Source: the human T2T-CHM13v2.0 reference genome, Homo sapiens. From it: a DNA stretch of 64,000 nt. The stretch lies in the NCBI RefSeq assembly GCF_009914755.1, contig NC_060943.1. The stretch is one strand, 5' to 3'. The notes below the pieces were generated by a model. That model worked only from the letters and a program-made list of their open reading frames with translations, ran no database searches and was not told the DNA's origin. This document shows positions 43,408 through 64,000 of the stretch, piece by piece. The first letter of the stretch is position 1. Each line of letters opens with the position of its first letter. Made by a program: the position numbers and the translations under genes.

Positions 43408-44349
43408 ATGGAACCAAGAAACCAAACCAGTGCATCTCAATTCATCCTCCTGGGACTCTCAGAAAAGCCAGAGCAGGAGACGCTTCTCTTTTCCCTGTTC
43501 TTCTGCATGTACCTGGTCATGGTCGTGGGGAACCTGCTCATCATCCTGGCCATCAGCATAGACTCCCACCTCCACACCCCCATGTACTTCTTCCTGGCCA
43601 ACCTGTCCCTGGTTGATTTCTGTCTGGCCACCAACACCATCCCTAAGATGCTGGTGAGCCTTCAAACCGGGAGCAAGGCCATCTCTTATCCCTGCTGCCT
43701 GATCCAGATGTACTTCTTCCATTTCTTTGGCATCGTGGACAGCGTCATAATCGCCATGATGGCTTATGACCGGTTCGTGGCCATCTGCCACCCGTTGCAC
43801 TACGCCAAGATCATGAGCCTACGCCTCTGTCGCCTGCTGGTCGGCGCCCTCTGGGCGTTTTCCTGCTTCATCTCACTCACTCACATCCTCCTGATGGCCC
43901 GTCTCGTTTTCTGCGGCAGCCATGAGGTGCCTCACTACTTCTGCGACCTCACTCCCATCCTCCGACTTTCGTGCACGGACACCTCTGTGAATAGGATCTT
44001 CATCCTCATTGTGGCAGGGATGGTGATAGCCACGCCCTTTGTCTGCATCCTGGCCTCCTATGCTCGCATCCTTGTGGCCATCATGAAGGTCCCCTCTGCA
44101 GGCGGCAGGAAGAAAGCCTTCTCCACCTGCAGCTCCCACCTGTCTGTGGTTGCTCTCTTCTATGGGACCACCATTGGCGTCTATCTGTGTCCCTCCTCGG
44201 TCCTCACCACTGTGAAGGAGAAAGCTTCTGCGGTGATGTACACAGCAGTCACCCCCATGCTGAATCCCTTCATCTACAGCTTGAGGAACAGAGACCTGAA
44301 AGGGGCTCTCAGGAAGCTGGTCAACAGAAAGATCACCTCATCTTCCTGA
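43408..44349 (+). CDS. OR1M1: Olfactory receptor 1M1 (class II OR GPCR, 313 aa)
   Basis: Intact intronless ORF with N-glycosylation site NQT and motifs [45 protein letters not shown] and [12 protein letters not shown]. Confidence 0.96.
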   Translation: MEPRNQTSASQFILLGLSEKPEQETLLFSLFFCMYLVMVVGNLLIILAISIDSHLHTPMYFFLANLSLVDFCLATNTIPKMLVSLQTGSKAISYPCCLIQMYFFHFFGIVDSVIIAMMAYDRFVAICHPLHYAKIMSLRLCRLLVGALWAFSCFISLTHILLMARLVFCGSHEVPHYFCDLTPILRLSCTDTSVNRIFILIVAGMVIATPFVCILASYARILVAIMKVPSAGGRKKAFSTCSSHLSVVALFYGTTIGVYLCPSSVLTTVKEKASAVMYTAVTPMLNPFIYSLRNRDLKGALRKLVNRKITSSS

Positions 44350-45499
44350 CCACCAGGACTCAGGAACTTCTGGGGGGTAGAATATATACATCTGGGAGTC
44401 TTGGGCTAACATCTGGAATTGCATGAGTTGAAGAGTAGGCACTTTGAATTTTATTATTATTATTATTATTTAGAGATGGGGTCTCACTATGTTGCCCGTG
44501 CTGGAGTGCAGTGGCGTGATCATAGATCACTGCAGCTTCAAACTTCTCTCTCTGTGTGCATTGTTTTACTAGAGACAGGGTCTCACTAATTTGGCCAGGC
44601 TGGTCTGGAACTCCTGGGCTCAAGCAGTACTTCCCCCTCAGCCTCCTAACATCCTAGGATTACAGGTGTGAGCTACCACGCCGAGCCTCACTTTGAATTT
44701 TTTGTTTGTTTTTGTTTTTTGAGACAGAGTCTCGTTCTGTTGCCCAGGCTGGAGTGCAGTGGCATGATCACGGCTCATTGCAGCCTTGACCTCCCTGGCT
44801 GAAGCAATCCTCCCACCTCAGCCTTCCGAGTAGCTAGGACCATAGGCACATACCACCATGCTCAGCTAATTTTTGTATCTTTTGTACAGACAGGGTTTTG
44901 CCATACTACCCAGCCGCAGAAGTTTCACGGGAAGTCTCAGGATGGTCTGGTAACTGTTTTTCTTTTTGTTTTCTTTTTTGTTTTTGAGACAGAGTCTCAT
45001 TCTGTCACCCAGGCTGGAGTGCAATGGCATGATCTCTGCTCACTGCAACCTCCGCCTCTGGGTTCAAGTGATCCTCCTGCCTCACCCTCCAGACTAGCTG
45101 GAACTACAGGCACCCATCACCATACCCGGCTAATTTTTGTATTTTTGGTGGAGACAGGGTTTTACCATGTGGGCCAGGCTGTTCTCGACCTCCTGACCTC
45201 AAATGATCCACCCACCTTGGCCTCCCAAAGTGCTGGGATTACAGGCGTGAGCCACCAAGCCTGGCTGGAAAGGCCATTTGAGGACACAGCGAAAGGGGGT
45301 CTATCTGCCACGGAAGAAAGACTTCACCAAAAACCAATCCCAACGGCACGTCGATCTTGGGCTTCTGACCCTCAGAACCATGAGACAATCCACTTCACTT
45401 ATTTAGCCACGCAGTCTGCGGTGTTTTGTTATAACCAGCCCTGGCCGAATAACACAGTGACTGTGAGGGGAGGAGTCTTAGGAAGATGTCAACACGTGA

Positions 45500-45745
<246 letters not shown>

Positions 45746-45887
45746 TAGAGATGGGGTCTCACTATGTTGTCCAGGCTGCTCTCAAACTCCTGAGCTCAAG
45801 CCATCCTCCCATCTCAGCCTCTCAAAATGCTGGGATTACAGGTGTGAGCCACCACACCTGGCCAAAATTTTTTTTTTTTTTTTTTGA

Positions 45888-46247
<360 letters not shown>

Positions 46248-46362
46248 TAATCCCAGCACTTTGGGAGGCCAAGGCAGGCAGATCACCTGAGGTCAGGAGT
46301 TCAAGACCAGCCTGGCCAACATGGCAAAACCCCATCTCTACTAAAAATATAAAAATTAGTCA

Positions 46363-46479
<117 letters not shown>

Positions 46480-46552
46480 TCAGCCTAAGGGATGGAGCGA
46501 GACTGTCTCAAAATAAATAAATAAATAAATAAATAAGTTGAAGTGTCTCAAG

Positions 46553-47262
<710 letters not shown>

Positions 47263-47308
47263 AGAAGTCTTCCTAAATACGTAAATAAATATGATAATGC
47301 TAACTTAA

Positions 47309-47621
<313 letters not shown>

Positions 47622-48167
47622 TAGGGGAGCAAATAGAGCTTGGAACAGTGAAATAAAGTGTCAACAATTATACGGTTATTTACAAAGCACAGGTGGGATT
47701 CAAAGCCAGTTGGTCTGATTCCAAATTCTCACCCTTAACCATGATGATCTTCTCTTGTATTTGAAGACCTTAATCAGGTTTTCCGGATCATTCATTATGA
47801 ATTTCTCTTTTGTATATTTCACAGCTTAAAGTCCGAAGTAGCTGGCATGTTAGTGGAATGATGACACTCTAGAAATGGGTTTCTGAGAGGTGAGATCCAC
47901 AGGGAGAAAAGGCCGGTGCAGTGGCTCATGCCTGTAATCCTGGCACTTTGGAAGCTGAGGCGAGTGGACTGCACGAGCTCAGGAGTTTGAGACTACCCTG
48001 TGCAACATAGTGAAACCCCCTCTCTACAAAAAATACAAAAATTAGCCAGATGTGGTGGTGTGAACCTGTAGTCTCAGCTACTCCAGAGGCTGAGGTGAGA
48101 GGATGCGTCACCTGAGCCTGGGGTGGTTGAGGCTGCAGTGAGCCATGATCACACCACTGCACTCTAG

Positions 48168-48713
<546 letters not shown>

Positions 48714-49165
48714 TAAGGATGTGTGTATTTTTAAAAATTTTACATTCCTGCATAAGAATATGTGGTATTACTTTCTCTTGCATTCAAATTGTCTCTTTCA
48801 TTCTGAGAATGCCACCAGATGATGAAAAGCATGACAACTTTTTTTTTTTTAGATGGAGTCTTGCTGTGTTGCCCAGGCTGGAGTGCAGTGGTATGATCTT
48901 AGCTCATTGCAAACCTCCGTCTCCCGGGTTCAAACGATTCTTCTGCCTCAGCCTCCCAGCCTGGGTGAGAGTAAGACCCTTCTCAAAAAAAAATAAAAAA
49001 GGAAACAACAATCAGGGCACAAAATTCGTTCATGAAGTTTCAACTTTTACAATGTCAAAAAGAATAAAATTTGATTAATAAATTGTCTAGGGCTATAAAC
49101 AACATGCATATTAAAAGGACAGATTTGTAGGGCAAAAATGTACAAGACTGTCAATCAAATACTAA

Positions 49166-49468
<303 letters not shown>

Positions 49469-49999
49469 TGATTTTGTTGCCCAGCTGGGTTCAAACTCCT
49501 GGCCTCAAGCAATTCTCTTGCCTCAGCCTCCCAACGTGTTGGAATTACAAGGATGAACCACTGCGCCTGGCCTCCACCTCTGCCTATCTTATAAGAAAAC
49601 ATGTGGTTACATTTAGAGCCTGCCCAGGTAATCCAGGGTAAGCTGCTTCTCTGCAAAGACCCTTTTCCCAAATAAGTCACATTCACCCTTTTGTCATATG
49701 ATTTAAGGCCAGGTGTGGTGGCTCACGTCTGTAATCCCAGCATTTTGGGAGGCTGAGGCAATTGTATCACTTGAGTCCAGAAGTTCAAGACCAGCCTGGC
49801 CAACATGGCAAAAACCCATCTCTACTAAAAATACAAAAATTAGCAGGCTGTGGTGGCAGGCACCTGTAATCCCAGCTACTCAGGAGGCAGAGGAAGGAGG
49901 ATCTCTTGAACCCGGGAAGCGGAGGTTGCAGTGAGCCGAGATCACGCCACTGCACTCCAGCCTGGGCGACAGGGCAAGACTCCAGCTCAGATAGATAGA

Positions 50000-50042
<43 letters not shown>

Positions 50043-50141
50043 AAGCTCAGATTCACAAGCGAGAGGATTAAAATGTGGATATAGTCTTCTGAGGGCCATG
50101 AGCCAACTCATGACAGAAATGTCTTCTGGTTGACTCCATGA

Positions 50142-50715
<574 letters not shown>

Positions 50716-51095
50716 TAAACTGGAACCTAAGGTATCCTCACTTATGAAGTTCAAATATCTCACAATAATCTCAAATCACTAAGATAATCTAATCATGCTA
50801 ATTTTTTGATGATAAAACTGAGTATAATAGATGCTAATGTTGTCTAGGGAGAATATAGTTTACCAGTGACTGGTCCCAGTAGTTACTAAATTGGGTATGA
50901 AAACTTAGCTCCCTTGACCCACTGTAGGTCTACACTGGGGTGCAATTGACAAGACCCTAAATACGCAATAAGGTGGAAGCTTGTCTCCAGATATAACAAC
51001 AACCTCGCTTAAATCCTTTTCCTGGCAGCGCACAGTGACTTCACCACTAATCTCAGATCTTTGGGAGGCCATGGCAGGAGGATCACTTGAACCTA

Positions 51096-51536
<441 letters not shown>

Positions 51537-51774
51537 CTACCTTCCACAACTTTTCTTCTTCTGAGACTAATCCATTAAAAAAAAATCACTTAGCCAGGAG
51601 CGGTGGCTCACGCCTCTAATCCCAGTAATCCCAGAACTTTGGGAGGCCGAGGCGAATGGATCACAAGGTCAGGAGATCGAGACCACCCTGGCCAGCATGA
51701 TGAAACCTCACCTCTACTAAAAGTACAAAAATTAGCCGGGTGTGGTGTCGTGCACCTGTAGTCCCAGCTACTCA

Positions 51775-51879
<105 letters not shown>

Positions 51880-52434
51880 CTAAATAAATAAATAAATAAC
51901 TTGGGCTCAGCCTCTGAGTCTATGGCCTGAGCAAAGAAATTGAGTCTAGAGAATTAAAATCACATGTCCATCATCACAGATCCAGACATAAAAAGCAAAG
52001 TCAGATTTCAAGCCGGAGTGGAAATGTAGTTGGCTTTTATGTCATCTAGACATTTTAGAAGAACTTGGTGATGAAAGAGTCAGGCAGGCTGGGCGCATTG
52101 TCTCACGCCTGTAATCCCAGCACTTTGGGAGGCCGAGGCGGGTGGATCACCTGACGTCAGGAGTTTGAGACCAGCCTGGCCAACATGGTGAAACTCTATC
52201 TCTACTAAAAATACAAAAATTAGCCAGGCATGGTGGCAGGCGCCTGTAATCCCCACTACTCAGGAGGCTGAGGCAGGAGGATGGCTTGAACCCGGAGGCG
52301 GAAGTTGCAGTGAGCCGAGGTCGTGCCATTGCACTCCAGCCTGGGAGACAGAGAAAGACTCCATCTCAGAGAAAAAAACAAAACAAAACAAAGAGTCAGG
52401 CATTCTAGCTCACCAGGAATCCTGTCACTTTGAC

Positions 52435-53409
52435 TTACTCTAGAAACCTGAATCCAAAGCAAATGGCACACCACAGAAGAGAAGGTATCCTCCCTATGAA
52501 CTTCCTCAAGGTTCCTTTCATGTCCTTATTCCTCAGACTATAGATAAAGGGGTTCACCATTTGAGGGAACACAGAATACATCACTGAAGCCACTGCAGTC
52601 TTCCTAGGTGAGTCAGTAACCACAGAACTAATGTACACCCCCAAACCTGCCCCATAGAACAAGAGAACAATGGAGAGGTGAGACCCACAGGTGGAAACTG
52701 CTTTGTGCTTTCCACTTGCTGATGGCATTCTCAAAACACAGGAGGTGATCTGAGTGTAAGACAAAATGATTCCAGACAGAGGAACACCACCAAATATGCA
52801 AGCTGCAAAATATATCAGGATGTTATTGATGAGGGTGTCTGAACAGGTGAGTTGGATGACCTGAGCCAGTTCACAGAAGAAGAGCGGGATTTCCAGGTCT
52901 GTGCAGAAGGACAGCCTCAACACCATCAGGCTGAGAAGAAGGGCATTCACAACACTAGTCAACAGAGAGAGAAGAATCAGCAGGCCACAGAGGCGGGGGT
53001 TCATGATGACTGTGTATCTAAGGGGGTGACAAATGGCCACATAGCGGTCATAGGCCATTGCTGCAAGGAGACAATTTTCCAAGCCAGCAAAAAACAAGAC
53101 AAAGCAGATCTGGGTGAGGCAGCCTGAGTACGTGATGCTCCGATTCTGAGCTTGGATGTTCACCAGCATCTTTGGGATCGTGGTTGTGCTTAAACAAATG
53201 TCCAAAAAGGAGAGATTGGAGAGGAAGAAGTACATGGGGGTGTGGAGGTGAGAGTCAGAGATGACAGCCAAGAGGATGAGCAGGTTCCCCAGGATGGTGA
53301 CCAAGTACATGGACAGGAACAGGCTGAAAAGGACGGGCTGCAGTTCCGGATCCTCTATCAGTCCCAGGAGAAGGAATTTTGAAATAGCTGTTTGGTTTCT
53401 CGCTTCCAT
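52435..53409 (-). CDS. OR7G2: Olfactory receptor 7G2 (324 aa from MEARNQT)
   Basis: Intact ORF with [39 protein letters not shown] (OR7-type), STCGSHL and [11 protein letters not shown]. An upstream in-frame ATG at 53472 is judged intronic. Confidence 0.93.
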   Translation of the reverse strand: MEARNQTAISKFLLLGLIEDPELQPVLFSLFLSMYLVTILGNLLILLAVISDSHLHTPMYFFLSNLSFLDICLSTTTIPKMLVNIQAQNRSITYSGCLTQICFVLFFAGLENCLLAAMAYDRYVAICHPLRYTVIMNPRLCGLLILLSLLTSVVNALLLSLMVLRLSFCTDLEIPLFFCELAQVIQLTCSDTLINNILIYFAACIFGGVPLSGIILSYTQITSCVLRMPSASGKHKAVSTCGSHLSIVLLFYGAGLGVYISSVVTDSPRKTAVASVMYSVFPQMVNPFIYSLRNKDMKGTLRKFIGRIPSLLWCAICFGFRFLE

Positions 53410-53869
53410 GCTGTTGATGATGAATCTGATGGAAAAGATAATAAAATCTGTAAGCAGCAGCTGCATCGGCATCACTCGAGAACATGACAGAAACGCAAAA
53501 TCTTGCTCCCCTCCCCAGACTTCTTGCTGATAAACTCTGGGGATGAGAACCGACAGTTTATTCTTTCACAAGCCTTGTAGATGTTTTTGATAGATGCTGA
53601 ATTTTGAGAAACAGTTCAAAACATTTACTTAGGAATGGAGTTTTCTTAATCAAAAAATGTGGAAATCTTTTTTTTTTTTTTTTTTTTTTTGAGACAGGGT
53701 CTCACTCTGTCCACCAGGCTGGAATGCAGTGGTGTAATCTTAGCTTATTGCAAGCTCCACCTCCATGTTCAAGTGATTCTCTGGCCTCAGCCTCCCAAGT
53801 AGCTGTGGTTACAGGTGCACACCACCATTCCTGGCTAATTTTGTGTGTGTGTGTGTGTGTTTTTAGTAG

Positions 53870-54416
<547 letters not shown>

Positions 54417-54805
54417 TAGTCTAGTCTAGTGCTCTTTCCTGCTAAGACCACATGTACCTTTGGGATTCTTATCAGCATAGAGCTCCAAACAGCGCTAGAG
54501 ATAGACAGAAAGTCAGAGTTAGCATGCTAAATATTACCTATTTGTCATCTTTCACATGTGATTTTCTAAGACAATCATCCAATTTTCAATGTTACCCAAA
54601 ACAAATGAATATAGAAACATACTGCAACATTGCTAACATTTTGTCAGTTTGTGTCATTCTTAAACTTTTAAAAATGATAAAACTTGACATTTAAAAAATT
54701 TTAAAATTCTTGGTGGGGCGTGGTGGCTCATGCTTGTAATCCCAGCACTTTGGGAGGCCGAGGCGGGCAGATCACGGGGTCAGGCAATCGAGACCATCCT
54801 GGCTA

Positions 54806-55370
<565 letters not shown>

Positions 55371-55524
55371 TGATCCACCTGCCTCGGCCTCCCAAAGTGC
55401 TGGGATTACAGGTGTGAGCCACTGCGCCTGGCCTCTCCATTTTCTTTATTGAAACAAATTATTATAAGACACTAACTCAATTTCATTTCTTCTTCTACGT
55501 GCTGAGAATAAAACAAGGTATAAA

Positions 55525-55731
55525 ACATGATTATCCACATCAAAAAACTTATCCACCACTATCAAATAGACTTTAATCCCTCTGATGCAAGATTGGTTCA
55601 ACATACAGAAATCAATAAATGTGATTCATCACATAAAAAGAACTAAACCCAAAAACCACATTATTATCTCAATAGATGCAAAAAAGGCTTTTAATAAAAT
55701 TCAACATTGCTTTATGTTAAAAACCCTCAAC
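55525..55731 (+). mobile_element. L1 ORF2 reverse-transcriptase fragment
   Basis: Translates [41 protein letters not shown], matching L1 ORF2 [20 protein letters not shown]...IISIDAEKAFDKIQ. Confidence 0.93.
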
Positions 55732-55781
55732 AGGCTGTGCGTGGTGGTTCACGCCTGTAATCCCAGCACTTTGGGAGGCTA

Positions 55782-56221
<440 letters not shown>

Positions 56222-56270
56222 TCATGTGTGAATTATTCAGAAAGTACGGAGAATAATGAAGGGCTGGCTA

Positions 56271-56750
<480 letters not shown>

Positions 56751-56763
56751 TCATCTGAGGTCA

Positions 56764-57003
<240 letters not shown>

Positions 57004-57474
57004 TTATTCTTCTATACCTTTCATTATATTTGATATTATTCTTCCAAATAATAACAATGGCATTGTGTTGCATTTTAAAAGCTTTATATAGCCAGGCACT
57101 GTGGCTCACATCTATAATCCGGGTCCTTTGGGAGGCTGAGGCGGGAGTACAAGAGGCCAGGAGTGTAAGACCAGCCTGGGCAACGTAGTGAGAACCTGTG
57201 TCTACAAAAAAAATTTAAAAATTTGCAAAGTGTAATGGCATGCACCTGTAGTCCCAGTTACTCAGTAGGCTGAGGCTGAAGGATTGGTTGATCCAGGAAT
57301 TCAAGACTGCAGTGAGCTATGATCGAGTCACCACACTCCTTCCAGGCAACAGAGTGAGACCTTGTCTCTAAAAAAACCCCAAAAAACAAAACCACCTGCC
57401 CTCATTTCCAAAGCATTAATTAACTAAAGGACTTTGGGTTAACTGATTGGCTTCAACAAAAATGATGCTCAACA

Positions 57475-57776
57475 ACTCACATGGATATTGCAGAGGATGA
57501 TCTATCCTCAGGAAGTGCAGACAGACTCGAGTCCTGGTCAAAAATATCATGTCTGGAAGGAGGTTCTGATGCAGCTTCCGAGCTGGGTAAGAGATGTTCA
57601 GTGAGGTGCTTACAGCCTGACTTGTTGCACTGTCTATATCCCTGGGACCTCAATATCCAACGCTCCTCATTACACTGGCTATTTTACCATCGTTCTGATC
57701 CCAGGAGTGCACATCCTTAAAGACCAAGACTAGAGGAGTGAGGAATTCGGGATGGCTGAGTCCCTGTCCCCTGAGG
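57475..57776 (-). promoter_or_regulatory. Candidate OR7G2 promoter and non-coding exon 1
   Basis: O/E-like sites TCCCTGGGA (57639-57647), ATCCCAGGAG (57698-57707) and TCCCCTGAGG (57767-57776); homeodomain TAATGA (57667-57672, minus); minus-strand donor CAT|GTGAGT at 57480. Confidence 0.6.
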
Positions 57777-58039
57777 CCACGTGTACACCATCCATATCTC
57801 TCCATTGTTTCTGCTCACCTCCACTTCACGAATCTTGCTCCCAGAACACATACCATTCGTCTAGTAAAAAAAAGGATTTTGATCTGAAGAATGTGAGTTC
57901 TCTTCATTGTCAGACCCGGAAAGACATTAAAATGAGACAGAAACCACACCCCTCCTCCCCTCCTTTGAACTATGCATTCATCTCATAAAACTGCTTGCTG
58001 TTGCCACAAGTAGCTATAAATTAACCTAATAATAGCATA

Positions 58040-58245
58040 TGAATTAAAAAGAAATTATTTAGGCAGTTAGTGAGGGTACAGAAGTCCTGGGTAAGGTTTT
58101 TCTTTTTAATAAAAAGCAGCCCCCAAATCATTTCTTTTCAGGCAAAAAGTAGCCTGAAAAATCAAGCTGCAAGCATAGGTAAGCAAGCTGAAAGCCTGCG
58201 TAGGTGAATGCCAGCAGCTGTGCCAGAAGACAGGTATAACCAACA
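58040..58245 (+). mobile_element. MER50/LTR9-like ERV1 LTR 5' fragment
   Basis: AAAGAAATTATTTAGGCAGTTAGTGAGGGTA...AAAAGCAGCCCCCAAATCATTTC...AAATCAAGCTGCAAGCATAG motifs. Confidence 0.6.
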
Positions 58246-58431
58246 TGAAGGTTTTCTTTTTTCTTCTTTCTTTCTTTCTTATTCTTTTTTTTTTTTTTTT
58301 TTTTTTTTTTTTGAGACAGTCTCACTCTATCACCCAGGCCGGAATGCAGTGGCGCCATCTCAGCTCACTGCAACCTCTGCCTCTGGGTTCAAGTGATTCT
58401 TGTGCCTCAGCCTCCAGAGTAGCTGGGATTA

Positions 58432-58908
<477 letters not shown>

Positions 58909-59340
58909 TCACGAGGTCAAGAGTTCAAGACCACAATGACCAACATGGTGAAACTCCGTCTCTACTAAAAATACAAAAATTAGCCAGCCGAGGTGGCGCA
59001 CACCTGTAATCCCAGCTATTCAGGAGGCTGAGACAGGAGAATCGCTTGAACCCAGAAGGCAGAGGTTGCAGTGAGCTCAGATTGTGCCACTACACTCCAG
59101 CCTGGGCGACAGAGCAAGACTCCATCTTAAAAAAAAAAAATGTGTAAGCTGCCCCAATTTTCCTTGCTTCGTTACCTGTCTTTTAAGGTTCTTCAATCTC
59201 TGACCACACAGGTAGTATCTGGCAAGCAACAGTATTCAACCTGAGATTTCAAGATGTTATGTCCATTATGCCAGTAATAATAATCTGTGTTCCCCCAGTT
59301 GATCTGTCAATCTAAAATAATCAAAAGGGTCAGAATCTAG

Positions 59341-59652
<312 letters not shown>

Positions 59653-59825
59653 TAAAGACAGTTTATTCAAGCACGATGTCTGAGACAAGTCACCAGGGAA
59701 GCACAGCTTCCAAAGAAGGGAAGTGAGTGTTTCAAGGTGCAAAAGTTTGAGATTGTTTATGTAGGCAAAATTCAGGGAAGTTTAACAGAATTTCTTTTTT
59801 CTATTTTTTTTTTTTTTTTTTTTGA

Positions 59826-59930
<105 letters not shown>

Positions 59931-60743
59931 TGAGTAGCTGGGATTACAGGCACCTGCCACCACGTCCGGCTAATTTTTGTATTTTTAGTAGAGATGGGGT
60001 TTTGCCATGTTGGTCAGGCTGGTCTCAAACTCCTGACCTCAAGTGATCCACCTGCCTCTGCCTCCTAAAGCCCTGGGATTACAGGTGTGAACTACTGCAT
60101 GAAGCCCAGTTTAACAGAATTTCAACATCTTTAAGGCTTAATGCATAGTTACAATATTTGGTATTATTCTTCTAAACAGTAACAATTGCATTGTGTTGCA
60201 TTTTAATGCAACTGATTAGTCTGGGTGGTTTTTTCTTTTAGGGAAGGTGTATTTAACATTTTACAATGATGACATAACAGTCGTGGGGTCCTGTGTACCA
60301 TCTGGTCTGAGTTAGGTACAGGACAGTAAAGGAGGCAGTTAATCTATAACAAAGGTCAGTGACTGGAAGCAGGGAGATCTGGTCTCTGGTCTCTCCCAGT
60401 GCTTTATAGAACAAGAACCACAAAGAAGAGCCATTATGGAAAACAGTATAGAGGTTCCTCAGAAAACTAAAAATGGAATTACGATGTGATCCACTAATCC
60501 CACCATGGAGAATGTCTCCAAATGACTGAAACTAGGATTCACGACAGAAAAATCAACTGGACACAGAACAAGGCAGTAATCGAGGAAACAGAAAACTGAA
60601 ACGTATAAAACACATAGAACACAGCAATGGCAGAATTAAGTCTCTCCTAATCAGCAATCATGTTAAAAAATAAAAGGATTGGCCGGGTGCGGTTGCTCAC
60701 ACCTGCAATCCCAGCACTTTGGGAGATTGAAGTGGGTGAATCA

Positions 60744-61037
<294 letters not shown>

Positions 61038-61451
61038 CTATATTTAGAAGAGACTTGTTTTAGACTCGAGACAAAACAGGGTAACAGTAAGAGTATGGAT
61101 AGACAGATGTATTTCATGCAAATAGTATGCAGATGACAGCTGCGGAGGCTGCACTAATATCAGAAGACAGAATAAAGTCAAAACCATTAAATCAGTCAAA
61201 GGAGGACATATATATACATATACTCTTCCTGCTTTTTTGTGGTTATGAAATAAGCGATGTCACTACCTTGCTAACTTTTCTTTTCTCCTGTCTTATTTCA
61301 CACTCAATATCTTCTTCTCTAACTAAAGTACTTCTCCATGGTAGAACTGTCCTTGTAAAGAAACATTCGAAAGGTTTTCATGACAGCCCCAAGGCAGCAG
61401 TGAGTCCTCTAACACGGCAATGATAGAATTACTTTTATTCAATGATGATTC

Positions 61452-61455
61452 TTTT

Positions 61456-61517
<62 letters not shown>

Positions 61518-61602
61518 TTTCTTTCTTTCCTTCTTTCTTTCCTTCTTTCTTTCTTCCTTTCTTTCTTTCCTTTTCTTTCTTTCTCTCTCTCTTTCTTTCT
61601 TT
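61452..61602. repeat. (TTTC)n / pyrimidine microsatellite at an Alu tail
   Basis: Seen directly. Confidence 0.95.
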
Positions 61603-62955
61603 CTTGTCTTTTTTTTTTTTTAATTTATTTTTTGAGACGGAGTCTCGCTCTGTTGCCAGGTTGGAGTGCAGTGGCACTATCTTGGCTCACCACAACCTCA
61701 GCTTCCCGAGCAGCTGGGACCACAAGGTGCCCGCTACCATGCCCAGCTAATTTTTAAATTTTTAGTAGAGATGGGGTTTCACCATGTTGGCCAGGCTGAT
61801 CTCGATCTCCTGACCTCAGGTGATCCCCCTGCCTTGGCCTCTCAAAGTGCTGGGATTACAGGCGTGAGTCACCGTGCCCAGCCAAGTAAGATTTTTCTTT
61901 TGGTCTCCAAAGGAGATGGGTTAGAATCATAGCAAGGGAAGATGACTGAGGGGGAAAGCGAGAACTTAGATAACATTCTTACAAATAAATCAATGGGACT
62001 GTTCTAAACCAAGTAAGATGTCAAAAAAAGATGATCAACCTTTGTCCTTCCTACCTAATAATTATTTATTTTATTCTACAATTCAGGTTTAATAAGTGGA
62101 TGATAAATGCAACAAGGGGAACAATTCTAATTTCTAAAACAAGAGGGAAAAATATGTGAGAACAATAGCATTATAGGATTTATGATTATAGACTGGTTAT
62201 GGAACACAATGATTCCACATTATTATACTGAATACTTAGGAGGTGCTGGGCATTGAATTAAGTGTTTGTAGTGCTTATCAGAGTGGAGTTCCCAGCCGGG
62301 TGTGGTGGCTCACGCCTGTAATCCCAGCACTTTGGGAAGCAGAGGTGGGCAGATCACCTGTGGCCAGGAGTTCGAGACCAGCTTGGCCAACTTGGGGAAA
62401 CCCCATCTCTACTAAAAAAAAAAAAAAGAACAAAAATTAGCTGGGCATGGTGGCGCATGCCTGTAATCCCAGCTACTCAGGAGGCTGAAGCAGGAGAATC
62501 TCTTGAACCAGGGAGGCGGAAGTTGCAGTGAGCCTAGATTGCACCTTTGCACTCCTGCCCAGGTGACAGGCTCCATCTCAAAAACAAACAAAAAAACAAA
62601 CAACCAAAAAAACCACCAAAAAACACCAGAGTGGACTTCCCAATAGGAATTATACTTTATATGGTCAGTCTAAGGCTCTCATACTAATCATTTCCCCCTC
62701 ACCAGGAATTAGATTAAGAAAAAATATATGATCTATCTCTCTGTGGTGAGATTAAAGGTGATATCTTTTGGATTACTCTATGCAATCCCATTTATCAATA
62801 GATCTGGGAAGAAGAGTCAGATTTCTGTCTCTGGGCATCATGTCTGGGTATTACGTCTGTATTTGCTACAGCCATCTGGGTCCATGAGGGGAACCAGCCC
62901 TAAAAGAAAGCCACAGCCGGGCACGGTGGCTCACGCCTGTAATCCCAGCACTTTA

Positions 62956-63285
<330 letters not shown>

Positions 63286-63387
63286 TTATTATTTGAGTAT
63301 ATTATAATCAACATTTCTTTCACTAAAGCCGACTTCTTCACTGATCAAGATAGAATATCTCACCACTAGGCCGGGCACAGTGGCTCA

Positions 63388-63801
<414 letters not shown>

Positions 63802-64000
63802 CTAAAATTACAGAATTCTGGTATCAACAATCAGCTCCCATTTTGCACAATAGGTTTCACTCTGGCATGCATTTCATATGGCCCTAAATATTCAATCAGG
63901 CAGTATCAATTCTGTGTTGCGAACACAGCCTTCTTTGGATTCTTGCCCTGACCTGTGAGACGCCTCCTGCTTTTCTTCCTCTGAGAATATTTACCAACCA

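Overview
Human (primate) genomic DNA, extremely Alu-dense, recognisable as the 19p13.2 olfactory-receptor cluster edge next to MUC16. It holds two intact single-exon OR coding regions: OR1M1 (+, 43408-44349) and OR7G2 (-, 52435-53409). A truncated, frameshifted, inverted copy of the OR1M1 5' end (probably OR1M4P) lies at 33295-33580. Most of the rest is Alu, L1 and ERV/MaLR LTRs (some nested) plus two minisatellites, and nearly all other ORFs in the track are Alu artefacts. The most interesting signals are: (1) an orphan minus-strand exon at 15339-15420 encoding a signal-peptide-like leader, with a strong phase-1 donor and a CCAAT+GC-box promoter, a candidate distal first exon of MUC16; (2) a chimeric inverted duplication at ~32.85-34.13 kb that joins copies of two loci ~19.6 kb apart through a 4-bp microhomology and created the OR pseudogene; (3) an O/E + homeodomain promoter and non-coding exon 1 for OR7G2; (4) small templated or retroposed insertions inside Alus; (5) a paralogous 3' flank at the window end predicting another OR7G gene just outside it. 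Gene and repeat-family names come from recall, not from database searches.
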